Source: Euprymna scolopes (lineage: Eukaryota). Taken from it: a stretch of 64,000 bases of DNA. The position numbers and the translations under genes were made by a program. Below are positions 27,265 to 40,324 of the stretch, piece after piece (position 1 is the stretch's first letter; each line of letters starts with the position of its first letter). The DNA is taken from NCBI GenBank assembly GCA_053919585.1, contig CM132787.1; one strand, written 5' to 3'. The notes beneath the pieces were generated by a model, which ran no database searches, was not told where the DNA came from, and saw only the letters and a list, made by a program, of their open reading frames with translations.

Positions 27265-28068
27265 AATCCATATATGTATATAAAACGTTAATGTAACGAA
27301 TATTACTGTACTCAACAAAAACCTATTTTATAATCCATATGTGTATATAAAACGTTAATGTAACGAATATTACTGTACTCAACAAAAACCTATTTTATAA
27401 TCCATATGTGTATATAAAACGTTAATGTAACGAATATTACTGTACTCAACAAAAACCTATTTTATAATCCATATGTGTATATAAAACGTTAATGTAACGA
27501 ATATTACTGTACTCAACAAAAACCTATTTTATAATCCATATGTGTATATAAAACGTTAATGTAACGAATATTACTGTACTCAACAAAAACCTATTTTATA
27601 ATCCATATGTGTATATAAAACGTTAATGTAACGAATATTACTGTACTCAACAAAAACCTATTTTATAATCCATATGTGTATATAAAACGTTAATGTAACG
27701 AATATTACTGTACTCAACAAAAACCTATTTTATAATCCATATGTGTATATAAAACGTTAATGTAACGAATATTACTGTACTCAACAAAAACCTATTTTAT
27801 AATCCATATGTGTATATAAAACGTTAATGTAACGAATATTACTGTACTCAACAAAAACCTATTTTATAATCCATATGTGTATATAAAACGTTAATGTAAC
27901 GAATATTACTGTACTCAACAAAAACCTATTTTATAATCCATATGTGTATATAAAACGTTAATGTAACGAATATTACTGTACTCAACAAAAACCTATTTTA
28001 TAATCCATATGTGTATATAAAACGTTAATGTAACGAATATTACTGTACTCAACAAAAACCTATTTTAT
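27265..28068. repeat. Minisatellite, 12 x 67 bp, near-identical units
   Basis: Unit aatccatatgtgtatataaaacgttaatgtaacgaatattactgtactcaacaaaaacctattttat; 804 bp = 12 x 67. Confidence 0.97.
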
Positions 28069-28666
28069 TAATAAGTTACTTAAGTCCACTTGCAGTGCTA
28101 TTGACATTCGTCATAATTTTATACAAGAAAATTAATAGTGAAGAGCTTTGAGCATACCATACGTTTATACAGAAATATACACGTGTGTGTTTTCGCGTAT
28201 CTATTTAATTTTGTAATAGATTCGTTTTATACATTCCTCTGATAATAAAGGTGTATGTTTTGTATGTACATATACTATTGAAAGAGTCAGTTTTCAAAGA
28301 CCTAGGAATCTTCTATAACAAGCTATAATCAACCAGTATATACTAAATATATTGCTATAAATACATTAGGTGTGATTGTATTATATTAATTGGTTTTATT
28401 TTAAAGTGAATGATCACTATCATAGACAGGCCAAACAGAAATCTAATCAGTAAAGACACGGAATTAAATTAACACGGTCACTGCGATAGTGGCCTTAGGC
28501 GATCATCAGAATAAACATTTAAACTCATGATTTTGCGTGTCGAAACCCACACTAATATAATACGTGTAGATGTGTAAATATCATGAATTATGATTATGGT
28601 TGATATTATTACGTAAATTAACCAATGGATATCTTTCAGTAGTTTATATATATGTATGTGTGCGTG

Positions 28667-28995
28667 TTGTACGGCATAATCGCATTAACACACCGGTTCT
28701 CATCTGATTACGGAAGTTAAGCAACGTTGAGCCTTGCTAGTATCAGATGGGTGACATTTGAAAATTCTAGGCGCTAGGCGTTATCTCGGCATTGTTTCCA
28801 GTCGTCCTGAACCTCCAATTTCAGTTAGTATTCAAAAATGTCTATTCAGGAGAGGTGTGGCTGGAGATTGTGCAGCTTTGGTTGATGGTCTCGCAATAAA
28901 GCTTAAAAACCAATCTGGGACTCTGGCAGGACATCTCCAGTGAGAACGAAAAGACCGTCTAGTAGAATGCGGGCGAGGATCTTGCTGGCGATGCT
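28667..28995 (+). mobile_element. 5S rRNA-derived SINE (SINE3-type); 5S head at 28667-28782 plus a body
   Basis: acggcataatcgcattaacacaccggttctcatctgattacggaagttaagcaacgttgagccttgctagtatcagatgggtgac aligns to 5S rRNA, including the A/C boxes. It is diverged and continues into a GC-rich body rather than a T-run terminator. Confidence 0.8.
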
Positions 28996-29059
28996 TACCA
29001 GTAATATTCTGCAGAAGTTTTTGTAGTTCTCATGGTCTACTTTTTAAAATTATTACGAA

Positions 29060-29730
29060 CGTTTCATTGTAGAAGGCATGAGGATGGGCTTTGTCCTCCA
29101 AATCTTTAATATAAAGACGGTAAGGAGATCCAATGAGATGTTGCGTCCTTAGACTTTTGTATATCTCTTACGTTTAAGGACTTTGTTGAAGTCTTAGATG
29201 GATGGGGCTAGTGCCATCCAATGACGGACAAAATGCTGCAACAATCTTCTCAGGAAATTTTCTGGCGTGTTTGCGTGGTTGTTGAGGAGGTTCTCCAAGG
29301 GAGACATCCACCTTGCCAGACTAATCTCAAAATTGGTGAAAGTGGTAGCTTCGTCCACGTCCTTAAAACCGCCCGCTGGCGAGCGTGTGGAACTGAAAAT
29401 GTCTTTGCCTGCCGCATAGAAGCTGCGCAGACTTGGTGACCGTAGTATTGGATTTATACTGCAGTTCTTTACCAACAGATATTCTTAGCTTCCTGGGTGC
29501 CTCTTCGCCAGTCAGCTACGTTTAGCTTATGAGTATGTTTATTGGAAGCTGTATCATGGTTGTCCAGATTAAGACGCGTCTCAAGTTTAGCTTTAATAGA
29601 AGAGATAATCCCATGATTCATCCAGGAGTTCTGTCAGTTTTAAAGAAAAGGTCGATGGGGTCCTCCGCGTCATGAGTCATGGCGTCTCTTAGGGAGCTCC
29701 AGTAGTCCTATAAATTTGTTGTATTTACAG
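29060..29730 (-). mobile_element. RTE-clade LINE internal fragment, decayed
   Basis: ORF 29194-29475 (SFYAAGKDIF...LARWMSPLENLLN...PSI) covers the same linker region as 26008-26334. Confidence 0.7.
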
Positions 29731-29832
29731 GATGTGCAAAGCGGCATTCGCAGTTTTTTGTTATGATTTTGCATCAACTGTGGGTCGCGGTGAAAATATT
29801 TGTGTGGTACGATTACCGGCGTATTCCATGCA

Positions 29833-29886
<54 letters not shown>

Positions 29887-31019
29887 TTACATGTATTTAT
29901 ATCTGTGTGAATTTCAATTTTTCTTAAATTCGAATGATTAAATAGTTTTCTCGTTATTCTCAACGGAATAACCACATTAGCAAACGTGTTTATTATATAA
30001 CATTGTACCACAGTTTGCATGTGAATACTATTTACTTTAAATTAAATAATACTTTACTTTTCACAGAAACTAGATTATCAAATTCTACATATTGATTGAA
30101 AATATTTTTAAATATGTTCTTACTATAAAGAACAACATTTGACAAAAAACAGTAGTTATTAATGCATCTACTATCTCAATTATGTTTCGGCATATTTTCA
30201 TACAGTTAAGTAATAATGAATAAAAATGTCACCATAGGAAACTACGTGATATAACTTTATTTACATGCTTCGTTGATTTTAATGAAATGCAATTAGAGAT
30301 CATTTGGACTACTATTCTCATGCCGGAGTTCTTTTCACGACTTCCTTGTTAATCTCCGAAAGGTATACGCAATTTTTAACCGAAAAATTTATCCAATTGA
30401 AAGAGGTAAAATGTTTTGTTCCTTAAGTCTAGTTTTAAACATTTATCGCTGTACTAAATCTACATAAACTCATGTTGAACAGATTTTAATTTACCTTTAC
30501 TGCGTTAATTCATGTATCAATTTAGAAAGTTGAGGTTTTGTTCTCAATACAGAAGACATTAACTACGAATCAAATAAAAATCGCCCGACATGATTTCCGA
30601 GTTTTACAAGCAACACTAAAAATGATCTAATCTTATATACATCGACATGTGAAAATCATATCCAAGCATAAATCCAAGAACTGGAAGATTTCGGGGTTAA
30701 ATCTAAAATAATTGCTCAAGTAATTTTATTTTATTAATATTTTTAAATCTAATTTCAAAATACTTTTAGAAATAAAAATTTCATTTTAAATAACAGGATT
30801 TAAAAAATATAATATTAAGTCTGCTTGATAATTAATTTATTAATAATAAAATATGAGAAAATCAACTATGTTAAATATTGGGGATAATCGTCTACGAATT
30901 AAATGCGAACATTGCCTAATTCATATCAAACGTAGTTTCCCTTGGCATGATATGTTTAAATTCATTTCAAACTCAAAATATTAATATCTAATATTTTTTA
31001 TTATTTTTTTATAATTATC

Positions 31020-31135
31020 ACGATATGTGTCGTCGTGTCCGGCGATTTGATAAGCATGTCGTTACCTGTTTGCCAACCAGACTACTAATGAAACCACTAA
31101 CAACTTTGTCCTTGCATGCCTACTGATTATTTCAG
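31020..31135 (+). promoter_or_regulatory. Conserved intronic splicing-regulatory region upstream of collagen exon B
   Basis: Paralog of 15030-15148 with ACTAAT, CACTAAC and TGCATG retained. Confidence 0.65.
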
Positions 31136-31216
31136 GTGCTCCAGGACAGAAAGGCGAAAAGGGCAAAGAAGGCGCTCGCGGCCTGATTGGCTTTAAAGGC
31201 TTCAAGGGAGATCGAG
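31136..31216 (+). CDS. Collagen triple-helix exon, copy B (81 nt, phase 1/1): (G)APGQKGEKGKEGARGLIGFKGFKGDR(G)
   Basis: Same splice sites as copy A. 9 of 81 nt differ and 5 amino acids change, all at X/Y positions. All Gly codons are identical. Confidence 0.9.
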
Positions 31217-34189
31217 GTAGTTAGTACGAAATTGTGTTGTATCTTTTTAGTAGTGAGATATTTGTATTGGCGATTAGTCGCGTATAACATTTGTGCGTGT
31301 GTGAGAGAGAGAGGGGGCGGGGTTCCCATGTATAAGTCTATATCGCGAAAAATATTAGGAAATAACCAGTTCCTTTACGTAAAGCAACAAAAAAAACAAT
31401 GTCATGGACGCACATTAGAAGCAGGGATATGTCATGAAATGTCTGCAAAAGCTCATGGAAAATCGTAGTCACTATGTAAAAACATTGATTCTGGTGCACA
31501 AAATATTGCTCGTGTTTTGATACAACTCCTAATTAGATAGCTTTGCAACGTTTTTAAAAAAGAAGTTAGAAGCTTTATTTTGGAAAAATCATTGTATGGC
31601 TACACCCATACCGGACAGCCATGCATAGCCAGCGTCTATCACTAGCAAAATTGATTTGATAATCATTGTGACTATGTGAGAAAATAAATTTTGCAGCACG
31701 ATAGCTCATTCGTTTTAATTGTGTTATCTGCAACATAGTAGATCTTTAACCTATTGAGTTAAAATAGTAGACTTTACTCTTGTAACGACGCTCGTATATG
31801 TTTTTTTATAAGATAAATATATTCCAGAGTTATCTGCACTTTTCCAACTCTGCCAAATATAATGTGCAATCAGGAAAATACTCTTATTGGATGCTATTCA
31901 GTTTTATCGGTACTGTTTTGTTTTGCTCAACCACTTCCTAAGTACTCTACTCGAGTCCTTTTCTGGAGAGGAAAAGCCATATTAAACATGTCTTTTTACT
32001 AGGGTGTCAGCTATGATCAAAGGAAAAGGCTCAATGACTGTCAGACTGCGACAACACCTTGGTTGTTAATGGTGAAACTTAGATAGGCTTCGATTCATAA
32101 AGTGCACAGCTTAACCAGAACTTATTCGCATTAGATTTGAAAACTACCATATTATAGGTTGCAGGGAAGCAGCTTCGTTGTAATCTGTTTCGATAGAGAA
32201 CAACATATTGTAAATAGACGAGTAAGATTACTCATTAATTTGGGAGTACTATAGTATATAGGACTGGTATATCAAAAGAGGTTATAATATCAACGAATCA
32301 ATTTATCTCTTATCAGAATGGAAATAGGAAACAATGTAGAATAAATCTCATTCTTGTCCTTTAGTAAATTAATAATTGATAATTTAAATTGTCAATAGCA
32401 TTGACCTTTTATTTCTCTCCCCTTCCTATTTTTGCACCGTTTTGATTAATAAAACGGTGTGTACAAGGTTAACGTATATTAACAATCAGTTTATTCTTAG
32501 TTTCCCATATGTCCCTTGAGCCAAAGATTTCATTTGTTTATGATTTTATGGCATTAAATGTTCTGTTTATGACTCATTAATAGTGCCCACAAATATTTTC
32601 TTGTAATAGACAAACCGAAGCCAGTTTAACTTGTATCTATTGCATATATCATTAAATGCATACATTCTTAACGTAGTTAAGTTTATATATATCAAGTTTA
32701 TATTTGATAATGTCGCAATTAAAGATACTTGCTAGATAAATTTCGATGCGAAATTTAACGACATTCAATCATTAATTTGTACTAAAGATTATTTTATTAA
32801 TACTTGTACTAAAGATTATAATTATAGCTTTACTAAGCGAAAATAATGAACGTTTATATATTGATAATATAAATCGGATTGTATTCGCTTTTCTTATTTT
32901 TAGCCTCTTCTCTTCTCCATAGTTATCCCTTATCTTATCACTTCATTATTACGTCATTAACATTCCCTCGAGGTATTTCCTTTTGCATTGCATGGCGTAT
33001 CCAATAGATAACAAGCAAGATAGCAAGCAATTAAAATTTAATTTTTTATACATTTAGCCTTACATAGATGCATAGACTTATGATTTTTAAGTTTTTCATT
33101 TTAAATGAATTAATTCTAATGTGCCGCAGAATGCAGAACGACAGACATGGTAAAACTAACAAACACTTTCTGACAGAAACGATATTTTATGAAAAGCAAA
33201 ATTGAACCACAAATGAGCATAATATTCGAGCGTTTATGAGAATGCAATTGTAAATATTTAATACGATCGACAGACGTTATAAGAGGTATCCAAAAGAAGA
33301 GTAGTTGATTCAGTTGGTAGAAATATTTATTGAAATCTTATAAGCGTTATAAACTGATAAATTGACTGAGCGACGGACAGCACGATTTAGAAAAATTCGT
33401 GGACGACTTAAAAACAAACAGATAATATTTCTAAAAAAGAAAAAAAAACAGAAGAAAAACGCTAAAACAAGGAGATTGAATGAGCCCAGAATAAATTTCG
33501 CTTGAGACTATCGGCATTAGAAAGTAAATGTATGCCTACTTTACGTATAAAATTCAAAGTTCCTTATACATGTGTATGTGTTTAAAAGCTAAAACGGGTA
33601 GCAGGGTCTAGTGAGCCAAACCTTGCTCCAGTGGGATTACATTTCTAGACACTAGCCGCCGTCCAAAAAAATGTATAAATGGATATTTTGCCCTTCGGCA
33701 ATTTTCTTAGATTATTGCAGACGGAAGAACAGTAAATGTGTATTTATAAGTATAAATCTTACGAATGCTCTATAATTCTACATCATATGAGTCACACATC
33801 TGCTTACATATACGTGTCAATATATACAAACTATCGTTCTCTGTAGCAGTTGCGATCTATTCGTGTTTATATGAAGCTGTCAATATTATCAAATATCTAA
33901 TCGACATTGATTTTATAGCATGGAGTAAATTTCTGTACAACGCGTGTGTTTGTGTGTGTATTAGCGTGGAGAAGAGATATTGTCCAGGATTTATTGCTGA
34001 TTACCGAATATTTCATACTTTCATATTTTTATGGTTATTGAAATCGCTAAAATTGTCAATGTTTGATCGAATCCATTGATTGTCTGCTCTAATTGGGGAC
34101 TCAGCTCTTGCACCAGGAGGAAACCTCACATGCCCCGCCCGAAATTATTAGTTGCCGTTTACATGGCACTATAGAGAAACTCCTGTTGA

Positions 34190-34600
34190 TTTTATATAAT
34201 CATTGTATATATGATTTGAAAGAAAGTTATAAATGAAAAGTCAAGTATCATGTTACCCTTGTGCTTTAAACAGAAGCATCCTGTTCGAACGCGAAACTGT
34301 CATATTAAAGAACACACTGTTGATTTATATGCCTGTTTTTACTGCCTGTGCGGTGATAATGGCTCGAATTTCAGTTTATAATAAAAAAAGTCAGGTATCA
34401 TAGTGCAATTGTGCTTTTAACAGGAGCATTCATTTCGAACGCGGCCCTCCCATATAATAGCACCTACTGTTGACTTTATATGTTGGGTCTTTCGGCGTGT
34501 GTGGCAATAAAACTTCTCAAATGCACTTGTGATGTTAAGTTTTGGAAGGTCGTAAGTTTAGTCAAAATCGTCTGTCCCTTTCATCGGATTGCAAGTGGAA
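34190..34600 (+). repeat. Unclassified interspersed repeat with an internal tandem unit of about 150 bp; another copy at about 58680-58880
   Basis: gtcaagtatcat...gctttaaacagaa...actgttgatttatatg motif seen at 34240, 34390 and 58687. Confidence 0.65.
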
Positions 34601-34678
34601 TATCTTAGATAAGATATTCTACTAACTCGACCACGCACAACATGAATCGAACTCAAACACACAGAATGGTCCTTTTAT

Positions 34679-34762
<84 letters not shown>

Positions 34763-35234
34763 ATAGTGGGGAATTGAAAGTAGAGTAAAATTTATGAAAA
34801 TTCATATCCCTACCATGAGGAGACTAATATTTCATTTGTTTTACAAGAGAAACATCGTCAGACTAAACAACGGTTATCTGTTACGACAAAAAGTCAATTT
34901 AAAGAGAGACGCTGGAATTGGAGACCGATTGATGGAGAAAAATCCGTAGAATATAAGGATATTGATTTTTAAGGAAAAATAACAGTTTATTGAGCGTGAT
35001 AATGATAAACAGTATATTACACATCTGTTCCAACAATCAAGTGAGCGGAGTTATGAAAGACATCAATTTTAGATAAAAACTGGCAATCCTAACCTTTCGG
35101 CTATCATTTAAAACTTGCTAAAAGTAAGAAAAGTTTTAATGTAAACACTGTCACTTGTTTAAGAACTGTGTTTTTACGGAAAGGCATAAATTTATAATAG
35201 TTTGTGTTTTATTTAACAGAACTCAACCCAAGAA

Positions 35235-35319
<85 letters not shown>

Positions 35320-36052
35320 CTAGCAAAAGTGCCCGTCGTTGACTGGGTTAAAAAAACAGCCTACAGAAAATGGACTCTGATTTATGAAAGTATGATAGGT
35401 TATGAAAAGAAAGGGTTGTAAAGATATAGCTTCGAATTTGGGGGTATCAAAACCAAAGCAAAATATGATGAAAGTAAAAATAAAATAGATAAACTCCATA
35501 ATTTATTATACCATACCTCTTCACACTGAAACACGTGTCACAATATTATGTGGATGTATATTAAAAAAACCTTGTTAAACTTTGTGACATATGTCCATTC
35601 TATGGAGGTCAGACGCGAACGAACACCCCATAATTTTATTATACCATATTTCATCAAACTGAAACATAATTATCAAAGTATACTTACGCAGATAGATATG
35701 AAAAGTCTTTATTAAAGTTTGTGCCTATTTCCATTCGATTGAGATCAGGCGCGAACGCAGACCTCATAATTTTATTATACCATCCCTACTTAAGTTAAAA
35801 CATACCTATCAAAGTATTATGTACATCTATATCAAAAACACTTGTAAACGTTTTTTTTTTAATTTTTTATTTCCATATTTTGTTGACCAGGCGCGAACGC
35901 AGACCCCATAATTTTAATTAACCACCGTTCTGCCAGATCAAACATACCCATTCCTGTGTCTCGATACATTTTCTATCATTATATGTAATCAGTTTTTTTT
36001 TTAAATAGTCAACCATATAGAGTCTATTCGTGACCAGACACACACACAGCTT

Positions 36053-36060
<8 letters not shown>
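35320..36060 (-). mobile_element. Non-autonomous Helitron with internal tandem repeats of about 135 bp
   Basis: Minus-strand 3' end is a hairpin cccagtc-aac-gacggg followed by CTAG-T. The 5' end lies near (TG)n/(TA)n. cataattttattataccat recurs at about 35497, 35629, 35766 and 35907. Confidence 0.7.
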
Positions 36061-36091
<31 letters not shown>

Positions 36092-36873
36092 GAGAAAGAG
36101 AGCGAGAGAGCGAGAGAGAGTTGCTGACAACTTTTTTGCTCGATCATAATCGTCCAATGTGAATAGATAAACACACATATATACATATATACACACAAAA
36201 TAGTTAGACCAGTGTACTGGCGTTTCCAGGTTGAAGTACGACACAAAGATATATAAGATTCAGCAAGCGCTCTCCTAGAAAACAAATTAAACCACTGTTG
36301 GTAGTGGGGTGTTTGTCGAACCTTAAAATACTAGCCCTGGTGGCCATGGCCAAAATTAAATAATCTGGCTTCCACACTCGGACATTGTCTGGCAGTATCA
36401 GCTAGCGAAAGCCACTGGCTGTCATTGTCAACACATGTGATTTGTGGTGATTACTTGCGGATATTGGCGTTTACTGGTGGGTTCTGACTGCCTTTGAAAC
36501 CAGGAGTCACTAGTGGCCATGATTGGAGTTGGCATTAATTGGACTGCCGGGGCTTAACCCATGTCTTCCACCATCAGGGATTTATGGGCACTGCAATCCA
36601 CTGAATGCTTGTGGCAGATACCGACGGTCATTGGTTGTTAGTGCTGTTTTGATGCGGTCACTTGATTTTACTTGTGGATATATATTTCACGACTGCGATG
36701 ACTCCATTCAAGCTTAATAGACAACAGACATCCCTATAAAGGTAACGAGTAATTGTGAGGAAAGCGTTGCGTAATCTTCTGGACTTCTGGTTCGTTGACT
36801 GTCATGGCTCTTGTGAGCTGCGACGTTGTTTAGCTGTGGAATTTTTTATATACAATCTCTCACATTCTGAAAA

Positions 36874-36951
<78 letters not shown>

Positions 36952-38166
36952 CTGGTAAAAGTAGCGAGTAAGGAGTAAATATTCAACTTAAAAATTGCTA
37001 AGGATTAAAAGTTAAAAACTTGGAACTTGGCAGGTGAAACTCGACTTATAGCGTTCTACTACGCATGAACAATTGCACATTTATACGTTACAGTCGTTAA
37101 AATAACTATTTTCTATGTCTGACGATAGCTCAAACATTAAGGATAAATGATAGGGCGCTAAATGCTTTCGTTTGGATTCTAGATAATAGCATCCAAGTCA
37201 ATTTTTTTTTTAATTTTTAAATCCCTTCAATATTTAAAGAACAATAAAATAAAGAATTGGCTCATTATTATATTAAATAGGCACAAATGAAAATATATTT
37301 AAGCATATTTGACGACGGGGAAATGATGGGCGCTTTGCTAGTATTTTATATTATAAACATATTCAAAGACATCTTTAAAAGTGTAAAAACCCAAAGGATG
37401 TCGTTTCAAAGAGTGTTTAATGACGCAATTCTCAGATCTCTATAATAAATATGTATAGTCAAGTATAATCAAATCAATTAGAATAATGTATTAAGCAGGT
37501 TTTCTTATATTCGGTGCTAAACTGTCCGTTTGAAGTTTTCTTCAAAAAAAGAGAAATGTGTTTTACATGGTATATACACTGCATTAAACGAATGCAATAA
37601 GCTTGAATGGCAATAAAATTATATTGCAAGTATGAACACAAATTTAGATAGCAAAGCAAAAAGAATGAAAGTATTCATCCTGGCACATATTGTGAGTGTG
37701 AGGCTTGTATTAACTTCTCAATCGGCGGCAAAGAAACGTTTCAACAGAAATTTTAAACACATGTACAAGAAACAAAACAATGTGCTTTAAGAAATGTATA
37801 TACAATAACAAAATCCAGAAATCAGTAGCGAAATATTGAGTAAATAGCATATATACATGGAATACATAAAATGGCTCACTGATTTTACTGCGGGAAGATA
37901 ATAAGGCTTTTAATTCACATTGTGTATGCGACAGTGCGAAAAACTTTATATATGAAAAAGTATGTGTTAAGGGACACTTCTCAACCTTGATACTCAACAG
38001 ATTTTTGATGTACAGACTTGAAATTTGGTACATAGAATACTAAGACATCGTAAACTTTTTAATTGGGTTTCATTCGGAAACAAATCCCCCCAAAGTGCGC
38101 TCATGATTCATATTTTTAAATGAATTAAACTTTTCTTTCAATATCCGGCAACGCAGGATAAATTCA

Positions 38167-38237
<71 letters not shown>

Positions 38238-38238
<1 letters not shown>

Positions 38239-39745
38239 CTGCGTCAATCGCTTTATTAAAGATTAGTAAAATATCAATATTTCACTAAATATGTTACCAA
38301 AAAAAATTGTATATCAAATGACTGCTTTAAGGTTAGTTATTTCCCAAAATTTTATTGAAATTCATGCGATATTCACAAAGTTATGACAATTTATTCTTTA
38401 TCAAAGAATTCCCACCGTCCATCGCTTTATTGCAGATCCCTTAAAATGTTGTATTAGGGCAAAAATGCAATGTCTAATCATGAAAACTTTACTGTGTATT
38501 ATATGTTCTGTTAAAGAATAATAGACAAAAAACACATCCAAGGTGCTAATCCTAAACTAAATGAATTATTTATTGCCATATTCACTATTTTTTAATAATT
38601 TTAAACAACCTTTTGTTCACCGAACAAGTCAAATGTTTGATCTGAAATAGAGTTATATTCCGGCGTCATCAACTACTTTCCTTCACAGGACATCGTTTGA
38701 AGTAAATTTCTCTCCTTCCTCATAAAAACCTCTTTTTAATACTTACCAGAGATGTTAAATGGGGTTAAGATCCGGAGTACACTGTGGCCAGCTCATGAGG
38801 GTTTCTCTAAAAAAGCCATAGATTCAAGGAAGGCTGCGGTCGCCCTAGCAGAATGGGATGGTGCATTGCCATGCATAAAAATCATCTGAAATCGACATGA
38901 CAATGGTAGGTCATCTAGCCAACGTGAAAAATGGTTATCCAAAAATGCAGTGTACGCATTGCTGGTAAGTTTTATACCCTCTGGAAATCGGAATGGTCCA
39001 ACCAACATCCCCAATGATTCCCACCCGAAGCATGATGCCTTCACCTCCTTGTTGGCGATGAACTCTGTAAGAGGTTGGAGTTCCGTTAGCGTTCCAAACT
39101 TTGGCTCATCAATCCGGACCGTCAAGAGTAGCACGGGTATCGTCTGTAAACAGGACGTGTTGGAAATCCATTTTCATGTAATTCTTTTCCCAAGCGATTT
39201 CTTTTTCCCTGTGTTATTTGCTCAATGGAGGCCTTGGAATTGTTTTGATGTTCCTTGCCATCTAATTCAACACATTGCTGCCTGGATATTGGAGCAATTC
39301 TAGCTCTTGCAAAAATGGAAACACTGGTGCTGTTTGGGTTTTGGTTGACTTCCCTACAAATTTTCCGAATATCACGATATGAAACGTTTTTCCTAGTGGC
39401 CTTATCCTTTCAGGATTTGGTGTTGGTGTTTCCAGCTCCATAGCTAAATCTTTGATGAACAATCCTTCTGCGAGTCCAGCAAAAATTATTTTCCTTTTTG
39501 ATAACCGTTAATCGTCCCTTGGTTTGCATTTTAAAAGACCTATAATAAAGCGATGGACAGTACAAATTACTTGATAATAAATCAAATGTCATAAATTTGT
39601 GAATATCGCATGGATTTGAATAAAAATTTGGGATGTAACTAATCCTGAGACAATGATTTGATGATACAATTTTCAATTTTTTGTGATGTATATTCACTGA
39701 AGTATTGATATTTTACTAATCTGCAATAAAGCGATCGACGCAGTT
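38238..39745 (-). mobile_element. Near full-length dead Tc1-family transposon, DD37E (TRT-like)
   Basis: TIRs of about 55 bp (actgcgtcaatcgctttatt / aataaagcgatcgacgcagt). Relic protein YMKMDFQHVLFTDDTRATLDGPD...FMHGNAPSHSA...LMSWPQCTPDLNPI*HLW. After repairing a 1-nt frameshift there are 37 residues between the second D (now G) and the E (now stop). Confidence 0.92.
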
Positions 39746-39756
39746 TATATATTTCC

Positions 39757-40077
39757 CTCAAAATCTGTGGTCTTGATGGAGGGGAGACTAACACGTGTGA
39801 TGGTTTCTATGATTTGAAACAATAGCAATGGAAAGACTTGGTTCCAAATATTTCTTATATGTTATATCTCCCCTATTTTGAAACAAGGTGAGAATATGAA
39901 TATTTTCAGTATCAAACGATCCTTATACACTGAAATTTACCTTATGATAAAAACCAAGTGGGGGAGATATTACATATAAGAAATATTAAGAATCAAGTCT
40001 AATCTTCATAATATCTCCATTTGAAACGATAGCATCAAGTTTTCGTCTCCCCTCGAACAAGATCAGAGGTTTTGAGG
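39757..40077. mobile_element. Palindromic MITE of about 320 bp
   Basis: Outer pair cctcaaaatctgtggtcttgatggaggggagac / gtctcccctcgaacaagatcagaggttttgagg; inner pair aatatttcttatatgttatatctcccc / ggggagatattacatataagaaatatt. Confidence 0.8.
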
Positions 40078-40324
40078 ATATATTACATATTTTACAATTC
40101 ATATGCGAAACTAGGAACACAAATGACTATGATAGAAACATTTTACGGGTGTAAAAAGGTGCAAAAATGGGTTCTAGATGAGCCCCTTCATGTGCCACCT
40201 TATGAGCAAACGTTACACATCCCACTACACAATCCAGGCCATTACCTTTTACACGAGCTTTCATTTGTTAAATTCTGATTAATATTCATTGATATTTGGA
40301 ATTATACAATTGACTAAAATATAT

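Larger units (their letters stand above)
23080..31790 (+). repeat. Old tandem segmental duplication, copy B
   Basis: Collinear with copy A. Carries its own insertions (RTE pieces, minisatellite, 5S-SINE) and lacks the copy A interval at about 15400-17550. Confidence 0.88.

Noticed and set aside
27265-28068. CRISPR-like periodic array
   Set aside because: The units are contiguous and identical with no unique spacers. There are no cas genes and the context is eukaryotic.
28667-28782. Functional 5S rRNA gene
   Set aside because: Many substitutions and indels, no oligo-T terminator, and fused to a SINE-like body.
32980-33040. tgcattgcatg...caatAG followed by 15 nt and GCAAGC, with complementary flanks
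   Set aside because: It resembles the locked-exon design, but there is no GT donor and the GC donor is weak. Not supportable without transcripts.
36290-36840. GC-richer block with minus-strand QPVAFAS (Gypsy RNase H-like)
   Set aside because: A single short motif among stop codons. Probably a transposon relic but not classifiable.
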